Assembly (NCBI GenBank): GCA_028826165.1
Contig: JAPDFW010000101.1
Span: 62,001-126,000 of the forward strand
Direction: 5' to 3'
Length of the DNA: 64,000 bases
From: Anaeramoeba ignava BMAN
Taxonomy: Eukaryota; Protista; Anaeramoebae
Shown: positions 11,321 through 23,700 of the stretch, in pieces
Layout of the letters: the number at the start of each line of letters is the position of its first letter
How positions within the stretch are numbered: position 1 is the stretch's first letter
Program-made: the position numbers and the translations under genes
Notes under the pieces: model-generated
The model's database searches: none
Told to the model about the DNA's origin: nothing
What the model saw: only the letters and a program-made list of their open reading frames with translations

Positions 11321-13420
11321 ATGGAAAAAACAAAAAAGAAAAAAATAAAAAATGGAAATAAAAAATTAATTCAAAATTTGTTTTCTGCTTGTCAAAAAAA
11401 TTCAATTGAACTGATTGAAGAAATACTTTCAAAAGGAATAGATATTAATTCTAGAAATTATTATGAAGAAACACCTTTACATTTTGTTTGTCATTTTCCA
11501 AATTCATTTGAAACTATTAAATTTCTTGTTTCAAAAGGAGCAGATATCAATGCCAGAAATCAAGAACAAGAAACACCTTTACATATAATCTGCCAAAGTC
11601 AACATCAAAATTCATTTGAAACTATTAAATTTCTTGTTTCAAAAGGAGCAGATGTAAATGTCAAAAATCAAGAAACCAAAACTCCATTACATTTTGCTTG
11701 TTTAACTTTAAATGAAGATTGTCTTGAAATTATCAAATTTCTTGTTTCAAAAGGAGTAGATGTCAATGTCAGAACACAACATAACGAAACACCGTTACAT
11801 TTTATTTGTTATAAAAAGCAAAACCCAATTCCAATTGAAACTATCCAATTTCTTGTTTCAAAAGGAGCAGATATCAATGTCAAAAATAATGATAATGAAA
11901 CAATATTACATTATACTTGTCAATATCAAAATCAAAATTCAAATGAGATTATCAAATATTTAATTGAATCAGGAGCAGATATCAATGCCATAAATGCATC
12001 TGGTCATTCATTTTTCGATATTCTTTGTCAATTTGAAAATTACAATTTATTTGAAATTATCAAATTTCTTCTTTCCAAAAAATTTGACATAAATACCAAA
12101 AATAAAAATCTGCAATTAATTTTAGAATCTGTTTCTCATAATCAAAATCACAAATTATTCAAGATTATTCAATTTATTCTTTCAAATGAATTAGACGTAA
12201 ATACCAAAAATCAGTTACAAGAAATAATTTTACTTTATATTTGTCAAAATAAACATCCAAAATCAATGAAAATTATCAAATTTCTTGTTAAAAATGGAGC
12301 AGATGTTAATCCTAATAATAGTTATGGAACTCCTTTGCAATTAGTTTGTCAATATCAAAATGAAAATTTATTTAAAATTATTCAATTTCTTGTTTCCAAA
12401 GGAGCTGTTGTAAATGTGAAAAATAAATATTGCAAAAGTCCTTTAAATTTAATTTATCAATACAAAAGTAAAAATGAAAAGATATTTGAAATTATTCAAC
12501 TCTTTGTTAATAATGGAGCAGATCCAAATGTCGAAAATTATTTTAATGAAAATTTATTAGAATTTGTGATTCGAAATGGAAATAAAAAATTAGCTCTATT
12601 ACTTTTAATGAATAATGCAAATATTTTTGATGTAAACAAATATTTGTTATCAAAGGAATTTGTTAAAAAAATTCCTCAAATTTATTCGATTAATGAAGAT
12701 ATGAACAATTTATTGAAATCAAATGATAATTTCTCAGATTTAATAATTCAATCAAATGATTCATTTAAATTTAAAGTTCATAAATTAATTTTATTAACAA
12801 GACTTAATAATAACAAAACAATTTTACAAAAATTTATCAACAAATCTAAACAAAAATCAAAAGGAGAAGTTGAAAATATTTTAAATTTCCTTTATACAGG
12901 ATTTTTTAATTTTGATAATTTAATTCAATTAATCAATGAATTTCAAATTGAAAATGAAAATGAAAATGAAATTAGAAATTACAAAATTGAAGAAAAAGAA
13001 AAGGAAAATAAAATAACAGAATTTTTTAAAGAAATTGGGTTTGATTCAAATTGGATTGAAAATAAAAAAGGAAGAAAAGGAATAATAAAAGATTTATCAA
13101 AATTATATGAACAAAATGAAACCAAAGATTTTACAATAATTTGTGAAAAAAAAGAAATTAAAATTCATAAATTAATATTAATATTAAGAAGTGATTTATT
13201 CAAAGGAATGTTTCAATTAAATATTCAAGATACTTCAAATCAAGTTCATGATTATTCAGGAAAATCATTTAAAACAATTAATCAATTAATTTATTTTCTT
13301 TATCATGATAATTTTTCAAAAGAAAATATTTCAAAAGAATATGAAGACTTAAAAGATTATTATCAATTAAATCAAAATTCAATAATTGATTTAATTTTAA
13401 AAGGAATTGTTGATAAATAA
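11321..13420 (+). CDS. ANK-BTB-BTB protein (intact, more diverged ankyrins)
   Basis: TPLH ankyrin repeats followed by the same BTB-BTB cassette as the three upstream paralogs. Confidence 0.92.
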   Translation: MEKTKKKKIKNGNKKLIQNLFSACQKNSIELIEEILSKGIDINSRNYYEETPLHFVCHFPNSFETIKFLVSKGADINARNQEQETPLHIICQSQHQNSFETIKFLVSKGADVNVKNQETKTPLHFACLTLNEDCLEIIKFLVSKGVDVNVRTQHNETPLHFICYKKQNPIPIETIQFLVSKGADINVKNNDNETILHYTCQYQNQNSNEIIKYLIESGADINAINASGHSFFDILCQFENYNLFEIIKFLLSKKFDINTKNKNLQLILESVSHNQNHKLFKIIQFILSNELDVNTKNQLQEIILLYICQNKHPKSMKIIKFLVKNGADVNPNNSYGTPLQLVCQYQNENLFKIIQFLVSKGAVVNVKNKYCKSPLNLIYQYKSKNEKIFEIIQLFVNNGADPNVENYFNENLLEFVIRNGNKKLALLLLMNNANIFDVNKYLLSKEFVKKIPQIYSINEDMNNLLKSNDNFSDLIIQSNDSFKFKVHKLILLTRLNNNKTILQKFINKSKQKSKGEVENILNFLYTGFFNFDNLIQLINEFQIENENENEIRNYKIEEKEKENKITEFFKEIGFDSNWIENKKGRKGIIKDLSKLYEQNETKDFTIICEKKEIKIHKLILILRSDLFKGMFQLNIQDTSNQVHDYSGKSFKTINQLIYFLYHDNFSKENISKEYEDLKDYYQLNQNSIIDLILKGIVDK

Positions 13421-13426
13421 AAAAAT

Positions 13427-14899
13427 TTAATGCTTAAAAAAGGTTTCCATTGTAGCAACTTTCCATTTTCCATTTTCACCTGCAAAAAAGTTTTTAGCTT
13501 GATCAGATCTAAAAGAAATTCCAAAAGGAAGCGCATATTGGAAGCCAAATTCAAAAGAAAAGCCAGTATGCATGTCTTTTGTCAACCAAACATCATTACT
13601 ACCAAAATGGGGACCATTTTTAGAGTAATCATAATAAATGGCTCTTTTTTGCTTTTCTTTTTCAAGTGTAAATTTTTGAGGTTTAGAATTTTGAGGGTTT
13701 TTCAAAGAGAATATAAATGCATTTGGGTCTCCAATATTTCCAGCAGGATCTGCAAAGAAAGAAGTCCATTTTTCCATGTTTGTGATCCAACCAACTTCAG
13801 AATAACCTCCAAAAACAAAACCTTTTGTTGTTTTGATGATAACAAGTGTTGGTCCTTTATCATCGCAAATATCATGCCATTTTTCGCAATTCCACCCGTT
13901 GTTTTCTGTTGAAAATCCAAGTTTTAAACTGCTGAAAATGGAATTTTTTCCGATCCATTCCTTCAAATATTTGATGTGCTTTTTTTTTGAAATAATCGAG
14001 GAATTGAATTGGCTTCTTTTTCGGAAAATTAAAGAATATTGCGACGTTCTTTGCTTTTTTTGCAGAAACTGATTGAACATGTGGTCTTTGACAAAAGGAG
14101 TGAAATTTTGGAAATCAACAATTTCTTTGTTCATTCCTTCTGGAATGACACCAGTTTGGAGAGCATTCTCAAGTTCTTGATTGCTAAATTCAATAAATCT
14201 GATGTTTTTCATTAAATTCGATAGCGAATCACTGAGCGTTTTTTTCTCACTTTGATCCATTTGATCCAAATCATTCTGAATATTTGAATTATGTCTTCCC
14301 CATTTTATTAAACCTTCAAAAATAGCAAATTCATTCACATCCAAATTATCTTTTGATAAAACTTGCATTAATTGACTTTCCTTGAGTTTCAAAAAAAATT
14401 CTGATTGAATAAATTGAGCAAAATTTTCTTGAATAAATTCATAACAAAAATCAACTAGTAGGTTAATGTTTCTTGATTCAAAGATTTTGAGCAAATCAAC
14501 AACAATTTCAATTTGGCAAGTTTGCATTACAAAATTTGAAATGTAGTCTGTTAGTTCTTGAATCAAATATTTTGAAGAAAAAAGCAAAATTTTAACCGCA
14601 TTTTCCAAATTGATTTGAATTTTTCCTGAATAAAAATAATTTAGAATTGAATTGAGAGTTTTTTTTGAAACATCTTCTAAAACCATTTTATTTTCTTGAA
14701 ATTCCTTCATTTTGGAATTAAATAATCCTTTAAAATATTCACTTCTAACTGAAAGAATTGATTTGTGTGTTTTGAATAAGTGTTCTTTATTTTTCCATTT
14801 ACAAACAATTTCAAAATCAAAATAATTTTCTTCATTTTGATTAAAAAGTTTTGTTAAATCTGAAGATAATTTTAATTGATTTGAAAATTCAGCAAACAT
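13427..14899 (-). CDS. BTB-BACK-TLDc domain protein
   Basis: BTB (DFEIVC...FKTHKSILSVRSEYFKGLF...ILNYFYSGKI), BACK (FLKLKESQLMQVLSKDNLDVNEFAIFEGLIKW...IRF), TLDc (WHDICDDKGPTLVIIKTTKGFVFGGYS...AFIFSL...GPHFGSNDV). Confidence 0.9.
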   Translation of the reverse strand: MFAEFSNQLKLSSDLTKLFNQNEENYFDFEIVCKWKNKEHLFKTHKSILSVRSEYFKGLFNSKMKEFQENKMVLEDVSKKTLNSILNYFYSGKIQINLENAVKILLFSSKYLIQELTDYISNFVMQTCQIEIVVDLLKIFESRNINLLVDFCYEFIQENFAQFIQSEFFLKLKESQLMQVLSKDNLDVNEFAIFEGLIKWGRHNSNIQNDLDQMDQSEKKTLSDSLSNLMKNIRFIEFSNQELENALQTGVIPEGMNKEIVDFQNFTPFVKDHMFNQFLQKKQRTSQYSLIFRKRSQFNSSIISKKKHIKYLKEWIGKNSIFSSLKLGFSTENNGWNCEKWHDICDDKGPTLVIIKTTKGFVFGGYSEVGWITNMEKWTSFFADPAGNIGDPNAFIFSLKNPQNSKPQKFTLEKEKQKRAIYYDYSKNGPHFGSNDVWLTKDMHTGFSFEFGFQYALPFGISFRSDQAKNFFAGENGKWKVATMETFFKH

Positions 14900-15104
14900 T
14901 TATTTTCTTAAACAATTAAACAATTAAACAATTAAAAAATTAAAAAATTAAAAAAAAGGAAATTTAAAAAAGGAGTTTAATAAAGATTTTAAAAAGGAAA
15001 TTTAATAAGAATAACGTTTGTTTTACTTATTAAAAAAAAAAATAAAAAAATAAAAAAATTTTTTTTCATTTTTTTTCATTTTTATTTTTATATTTTAATC
15101 AAAA

Positions 15105-16958
15105 ATGAAAATTTTCCTTTTTTTAATCGGATTATTTTCTTTTCAATTTATTTTCACAAATGATTTGACAGAAAAAGAACTTCTTGAACAAGGAGAATTA
15201 TTATTTAATGAAAGAAGGATTCAAGAAGCAATTCAAAAATTTACACTTGCAATTGGTAAAATTAAACTAAAATTCATTTATAAAATTAAAATTCATTTAT
15301 AAAATTAAAATTAAAATTCATTTATAAAATTAAAATTCATTTATAAAATTAAAATTCATTTATAAAATTAAAATTCATTTATAAAATTAAAATTAAAATT
15401 CATTTATAAAATTAAAATTCATTTATAAAATTAAATTTAAAATTTTTTATAGAATTAAATCCAAAAAATTATCTTCCTTATTTTAAAAGAGCACTCGGTT
15501 TTTTAAAAGAAGAAAGGTATACTTCTGTTTTAGCTGATTTAGCACAAGTTTGTTCTTTAAATCCAGTATTTCAACAAGCATTTTTATTAAGAGGAAAAGT
15601 TTATATTTTAATTGGAAAATTACAACAAGCAAATGAAGATTTTGAAAAAGTTTTAGAAATTGATAAAAAGAATTCAGAAGCAAAATCACAAAAAAAAATT
15701 ATTCAAAATTTGCAAAAAAAAATTCAACGTTTAGAAAATATTGAATCTTCAAAATCTTTAACTTCTTCAAAAATAAAGGAATCAATTAAAATTTTGGATG
15801 AGATTTTATCTTCTTGTTCAAGAAGTGTTGATTTTAATCTTAAAAGAGCAAAATATTCATTAGATTCAAAAGATTATTATGAAGCAATTAAATTTTGCAA
15901 GTAAATTTTTTAATTTAATTTTTTAATTGAATTTTTTAATTGAATTTTTTAATTGAATTTTAATTTAATAAAAAAAAAGGAGAGCAAGAATTTCTGATTA
16001 TGGAAATAATAAGGTTTTATTGCTTCTTGGAAAGATTATGCTTCAAATGGAAGATATTCAAGCTTCAAATGAGTATTTAATTCAAAAATTTAAATTAAAA
16101 TTTTGAAATCGGATAAAAAATTTTTAAAATCGGATAAAAAAATTTTTTCTTTTTAACAAAAAAAAAATATAAAGTTATTTCCATGAATGTTTAAAATATG
16201 ATCCAGATAATAAACTATGTTTAAAAGAATATAAAAAAATACGATCAATGAATCGCGGAATCAAAGAAGGAAATGAAAAATTAGAACAAAAACAATATGA
16301 AAAAGCATTAGAATCATTTTCACAAGTTCTTTCATTATTAGATGGAAATTTGCTAAATATTCAATCAACACTTTATCAAAAAAAATGCGAATGTTTATAT
16401 AATTTAGAAAAATATAAAGAAGCAAAAACAGAATGTACAAAATCACTTGAAATGAATCCACAAAATTCACAAGCATTTTTATTTAGAGGAGAATGTAATA
16501 GTAAATTAGAAGAATATGATCAAGCAATCCACGATTTCGAAAGTGCTCAATCTTATGATCATACATTGAGAAATATTGTTAATGAAAAAATTCACAATTG
16601 TCGAATTGAAAAGAAAAAATTAACAAGAAAAGATTATTATAAAATTCTTGATATTCAAAAAGATGCAAATCCTTCACAAATCAAAAAAGCTTATCATGTT
16701 TTGGCTAAGAAATATCATCCTGATGTTGTTTCTTCAGATGTCGATAAAGAAGAAGCTGAAAAAAAATTTATTGAAATTAGTGAAGCTTATGAAATTTTGT
16801 CAAATCCTGATAAAAAAGCCCGTTATGATAGTGGACAAGATCTTTTTGATGATCCTCATGGTGGTGGTGGTTTTCATAATTTCCAAGGTTTTCCTTTTCA
16901 AGGTTTTGAATTTCCTGGTTTTAATGGAAATGGTTTTCAATTCGTTTTCAATTTTTAA
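15105..16958 (+). CDS. DNAJC3: DnaJ subfamily C member 3-like (P58IPK) ER co-chaperone; exons 15105-15255, 15453-15900, 15980-16072, 16175-16958 (~491 aa)
   Basis: Signal peptide, TPR repeats, C-terminal J-domain (KDYYKILD...AYHVLAKKYHPD...FIEISEAYEILS...RYDSGQD) and G/F-rich tail. Three GT-AG introns give a continuous frame. Confidence 0.88.
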
Positions 16959-17019
16959 ATTCCAAAAACAAAAGAATAAATTTTAAATCCAAAAAACAAA
17001 ACATTGAATTTTAAATTCC

Positions 17020-17660
17020 AAAAACAAAATTAAAATCAAAATCAAAATCAAAATTAAAATTAAAATCAAAATTAAAAATCAAAATAAAAATTAAAATCAA
17101 AATCAAAATCAAAATCAAAATTAAAATTAAAATCAAAATTAAAAATCAAATTCAAAATCAAAATTAAAATCAAAATCAAAATCAAAATCAAAATCAAAAT
17201 CAAAATTAAAATCAAAATCAAAATCAAAATCAAAATCAAAATCAAAATTCAAAATCAAAATCAAAATCAAAATCAAAATCAAAAATCAAAATTAAAATCA
17301 AAATTAAAATCAAAATCAAAATTAAATTCAAAATCAAAATTAAAATCAAAATTAAAATCAAAATTAAAATCAAAATTAAAATCAAAATCAAAATTAAAAT
17401 CAAAATTAAAATCAAAATTAAAATCAAAATCAAAATCAAAATCAAAATTAAAATCAAAATCAAAATTAAAATCAAAATCAAAATTAAAATTAAAATCAAA
17501 ATTAAAATCAAAATCAAATTCAAAATCAAAATCAAAATCAAAATCAAAATTAAAATCAAAATTAAAATCAAAATCAAAATGAAAAATCAAAATCAAAATC
17601 AAAATCAAAATCAAAATCAAAATCAAAATTAAAAATAAAAATTAAAATTAAAATCAAAAA
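17020..17660. repeat. Intergenic hexamer microsatellite (AAAATC/AAAATT)n
   Basis: Direct reading of the sequence; the ILIL/FDFN ORFs here are artefacts of the repeat. Confidence 0.95.
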
Positions 17661-17727
17661 AAAAAGTAAAAAATTTGTTTTGTTTTTTTCATTTTTTCAT
17701 TTTTTCATTTAATTTCTTTTTGTTATA

Positions 17728-20700
17728 ATGGGTGAAAGTTTAGATAAACATATAAGAGATATAAGTCAAAAAGATCTTTTATTATCTTTTTTAAAATTTG
17801 GATTAGTTTTCTTAATCCTTTTAATTATTTTAATTTTTATTTTAAAACATTTTCATTTTGATCTTTCAATGATTAGAAGGTGAATTTTCATAATTTAAAT
17901 TTTTATTTTATTTATTGATTTATTTTTAAAATTAAGAATTTTTTTTTTTAACGAAATTTTATTTATTAATTTTTTTATCAAAAAAAAAAATAAATAAAAA
18001 AGTTATTTAGCTTTAAGTAAAAGAAAATTCTTTCAAAATGAATTAAAATTTCATTCAAGAAGTACTTTTATTATTATTCTGATTTGGATATTGATTTCTA
18101 TTACATTTATATTCTTAATTATTTGGGGAATTTATGTAAAAATAATAAATTAAAATAATTAAAATTAAAATATTTTTTTTTCCTCTTTTTTCTTTTTTGT
18201 TTTTTATTAGTGTTCAATTGAATTAGAACCTCCTTTTATTGGTTTAATGATTTTATTTGTTATTTCAATTATGATTATTTTTTTATATGCATTTTTTTAT
18301 TGGAAAAGTTTATATTGGAGATTAACAAGTAAAAAATTTAAAGAATTTGATTTTTATTTTGATTTATATTCCCTTTTTTTTACTTTTAATTTTTTCTTTT
18401 AATTTTTTTAGGAGGAATTATTACTTTATTTATAATTTGTTTAGCTTTATTTTTTATTTTTGAAATTGTTGTTTCTGTTGTTGAAAAACCTTTTTCCTTT
18501 TTTGGATTTTCAGGTGTTTTTCTTGGATTAAATATCATTCCTTTAATTGCAATTGTTTTTATGAATTCAAAAAGAAGAAGAAGTAAATAATTAAAATAAT
18601 TAAAATAATTAAAATAATTAAAATAATTTTTGATATTTAATTGTTTAAATAGTGAATATGGATAATTTATTGGAAAAACCTTTAGAATTGAAAAATCTTA
18701 ATTTAGAAAAAATGAAAGAAATTACAATAGTTTCTCAAAATCAAAAAAAATTTCCCAACTTGTAAAAATCAAATCAAATTAAAATCAAATTCAAATTCAA
18801 AATAAAAATCAAAATCAAAATCAAATTCAAAATCAAAATCAAAATCAAAATCAAAATCAAAATCAAAATCAAAATCAAAATTAAAATCAAAATCAAAATT
18901 TAAAAAAAACACCAAAATTTGAATAGAAAAAAAAATTTGATACTTTATTCGATATCTTTAGCTTTATTGATTGTTTATTCGATTTTAGTTATTTGTCTTA
19001 CTGATGAAAGAAAGTATTTAGGTTTTGTTACTTCTGCTGTTATTATTGTTCTTGATTGTTGTGTTTTTTTTATCTCAAAAACACAAAATCAAATATCACC
19101 AGCAGTATTGTGTTTGGTTTTAACAGTTGAAAGAGCTTTCCCAATCTTATTTGGATTGAAGTAAATTAATTATAAAATTATTTATAAAATTAATTATAAA
19201 ATTAATTATAAAATTATTTATAAAATTAATTTATAAAATTATTTATAAAATTATTTATAAAATTATTTATAAAATTAATTATAAAATTAATTATAAAATT
19301 ATTTATAAAATTAATTATAAAATTATTTATAAAATTATTTATAAAATTATTTATAAAATTAAATATAAAATTAATTATAAAATTAAATATAAAATTAATT
19401 ATAAAATTAAATATAAAAATTTATAAAAAATATTTATAAAATTAAATATAAAAATTAAATATAAAATTATATATAAAATTATTTTTATAAAATTAAATAT
19501 AAAATTAAATATAAAAATTTATAAAATTAATTATAAAAATAATTTTAAAATTATTTATAAAATTATTTTATAAAAATTAAATATAAAATTAATTATAAAA
19601 TTATTTTATAAAATTAAATATAAAATTAAATATAAAAATTATTTATAAAATTAAATATAAAATTATTTATAAAATTATTTATAAAATTAATTATAAAATT
19701 AAATATAAAATTATTTATAAAATTATTTATAAAATTAAATATAAAATTATTTATAAAATTAAATATAAAATTATTTATAAAATTATTTTATTAAATTAAA
19801 TATAAAATTATTTATAAAATTAATTTATAAAATTATTTATAAAATTAATTATAAAATTAAATATAAAATTATTTATAAAATTAATTATAAAATTAATTAT
19901 AAAATTATTTATAAAATTATTTTATAAAATTAATTATAAAATTATTTATAAAAATTATTTATAAAATTAATTATAAAATTAATTATAAAATTAATTATAA
20001 AATTAATTATAAAATTAAATATAAAATTATTTATAAAATTATTTATAAAATTATTTATAAAATTAATTATAAAATTATTTTATAAAATTATTTATAAAAT
20101 TAATTATAAAATTATTTATAAAATTAAATATAAAATTATTTTATAAAAATTATTTATAAAATTAAATATAAAATTATTTATAAAATTAATTATAAAATTA
20201 AATATAAAATTAAATATAAAATTAATTATAAAATTAAATATAAAATTAATTATAAAATTAAATATAAAATTAAATTTATAAAATTATTTATAAAATTATT
20301 TATAAAATTATTTATAAAATTATTTATAAAATTATTTATAAAATTAATTATAAAATTATTTTATAAAATTAATTATAAAATTAATTATAAAATTATTTAT
20401 AAAATTATTTATAAAATTAAATATAAAATTATTTTATAAAATTAATTATAAAATTATTTATAAAATTAATTATAAAATTAATTTTAAAATTATTTATAAA
20501 ATTATTTATAAAATTAAATATAAAATTAAATATAAAATTATTTATAAAATTATTTATAAAATTATTTATAAAATTATTTAAAATTAAATATAAAATTATT
20601 TATAAAATTAATTATAAAATTAAATATAAAATTAATTATAAAATTATTTATAAAATTAAATATAAAATTATTTTATAATATTAATTATAAAATTATTTAC

Positions 20701-23700
20701 AAAATTAAATATAAAATTATTTATAAAATTATTTATAAAATTATTTATAAAATTATATATAAAATTAATTATAAAATTAATTATAAAATTATTTATAAAA
20801 TTATTTATAAAATTATATATAAAATTATTTATTAAATTATTTATAAAATTATTTATAAAATTATTTATAAAATTAAATATAAAATTATTTATAAAATTAA
20901 TTATAAAATTATTTATAAAATTATTTATAAAATTATTTATAAAATTATATATAAAATTAAATATAAAATTACTTACAAAATTAAATATAAAATTATTTAT
21001 AAAATTAATTATAAAATTAAATATAAAATTAAATATAAAATTAATTATAAAATTAATTATAAAATTAATTATAAAATTATTTATAAAATTATTTATAAAA
21101 TTATTTATATGAAATTTTCTAAAAGTTATTGGTTTATTGGACATAGTGCAATTTTCTTTGTTTTTTCTTTAATCTTCATTTATCGAATTATTGATGGATT
21201 TGTTCCACTTTTTGATGAAGTTAATACTAAAAAGAATATGGTTGGTGATCCAATATCGCTTTTAATTAACCCACCTAAAAAAGCAGATGAAGATCAAAAC
21301 AATGAGAATAACAATGAGAATAACAATCAAAATAATAAAGATGATATTCATCCTGATTCAATTGTTCTTGAAAATAATCTTCAAAAAAAAAGTCTTCGTT
21401 CTTTATTTTATGAAAGTGGATTTCATTTTATAATATTTACAGTTTTCTTCGTATTATTCATTATCGAATTAATTATTGTGAAAACTCAAACAACCCAAAG
21501 AGAAATCAAATTGATGGATAATTATCATAAACAATATCTTGCTGGAGTTGCTGCGATTGTAATCCATTTATTATATTTATTATTATATTTATTTATTATT
21601 TATTATATTTATTATTTATTATCTAAATTTCCTTCAAATAGTTGTTGATTATAATTTTCCCTTGGTTTTTTGTTGGTTATCGTTTGTTCAGAAAAAAAAA
21701 TCAAGCTTCAAAAAAAATGATCTTATTTATTGCTCTTGGAGAATTATGTATAATTGGATCAGCAATTTTTTGGTATCTTCTTACTGATAGTGTGATTATC
21801 CTTTTCGTTCTATTGTTTCTTCCATTAATAATTATTATTGCAATTCCTCACTATTATTTCTGGAAAAAAAAAGATTTTGATATTTTATCTTCTCCTTTAG
21901 AAAGATCTCCTCCAAACTCAGGATGTTTTAAAGGATTCTTTAGAAAATCATTACCAAGAGCAGATTATTTAGTAAAAACAAAAAAAAAACAAACAAAAAA
22001 AAGTGGAATTAAGGAAAAAAAAATATTTATTATCCATTTTTTTTAAAATTAATAATCAAAAAATATCAAGATTATATTTGGATTTGTTTTAATGGCAGTT
22101 TTGACTTTTTTAATGGGATTATTAATTGCAGTATTAAATTCACCAAGTTTTATTGGATGGACAATTTCAACATTCACAACAATAATATATTTTTCAATAG
22201 TTTCATTGAAGAAATATTTCAACACACTCAGATTTGATCGATTCATTGTGATTTCAATGATAATTTCATTTGCAATTCTTGTTTCTTATTGTATTTCAAT
22301 GTTTGCAGTGACATACAAATCAGAAGGCACAGCAAATGGACTCACAATGATTTTCTTGTTGATTTTGTATCCAACAATTATAGTATTAATCTCAGCAATT
22401 TGGAAGCTTCGTGATGATGATTATAAACTAAGCAAATACGTTGCCATTTCGTTTATAACAACATTTGCAATGATTTTGATTTCAATTATTCTTTTAATCA
22501 GTTTGACAGAACAGAAAAATGTTGGTGTATTTTTGCTTTTTCTATTTGTGATATTTGTTGGGTTGCTTTTTTGGTTTTATTTATATTTCAAGAACAACCA
22601 AGTATTAAACAAAAAACTGATTTTGTATGGATGGATTTTTGTGGTTATTACATTTGTATTTGCGATTGTGTTTGGATTTTTAACAAAAAAAACTTTCATC
22701 ACATATTCTTTTATAAGTGGAGAATTATTTATTATTTTTGGATATTGGAGTTTTGCTCACCTATTCAAATATGATATTTTTGCATCAAGAAAAAAAAACA
22801 CATTTAATGATCCAAATAATGTGATTGTTGTTTATTCAAAATATATTTTCCCAATTTTCAAGTATTACTCTCAACCAAAGCAAGGAGAACAAAGACTCAA
22901 ATTAAACAACAAAGGAATGTATTTTGCTTTGATAGCTTTAGCAATTGCTTGGATTTGGTCAATAATGGCAACAATATTTCTTTATCCTCCTTCAATTGGG
23001 ATTAGTTTGTCATCTTTGTTAGTAATTTTATTCTTTATTCTTATTGCTTCAAGAATAACTTCAACTAAAGAGTTGTTTTCCAAAAATATCGATTATCTTG
23101 ATGAACCATCATTCAATCGTTGTCTTAAACAATCTTCTCATATTGCTCAACCAAAAAGAAAAAGGGTTATTGAATCAAAGAAAAATGATGAGAAAATTCA
23201 ATTAATGGGAGGAGAAAATTCACAAAATGGTTTTCAAACAATTGAAGACTCCGATTTTGAGACAATGGATGAGTTTTTTTCTGATGAACAAAATCAAAAA
23301 CAAAATCAAAATCAAAATCAAAATCAAAATCAAAATCAAAATCAAAATGAAAATCAAAATGAAAATCAAAATGATGAACTTGAAATTGAAGATAATAATA
23401 ATAATAATAATAACAATGAAGATATAGAAAAAAATCAAAGAAAACCAATTTTAGAAATGAAATTCCACTCAAAAAATTTTGTTCAAGAACTAAATTCCCA
23501 AAAAAAACAATGGAGAACAATTTCAAACGATAAATTCCAAAATTCAGTTACACAATTTTATCGATCATTAATTCATTTAAGAAATAAATCAATAAGAGCA
23601 ACAAAAGAGGAAAGAGTGTTTTTATCCTATTTAACAATTTTATGTATCAAAACATCAGAAGCAAAAAGAATTCATGAAGAAGTTGAATTTCTTGAGTTTC

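Noticed and set aside
13430-14072. Antisense and overlapping ORFs over the BTB-TLDc gene (and similar ones over other CDSs)
   Set aside because: Shadow ORFs without recognisable motifs or upstream TTTTCA elements.
17020-17660. Interstitial telomeric repeat
   Set aside because: The mixed AAAATC/AAAATT unit lacks G-runs and is the same hexamer found in coding NQ tracts and introns.
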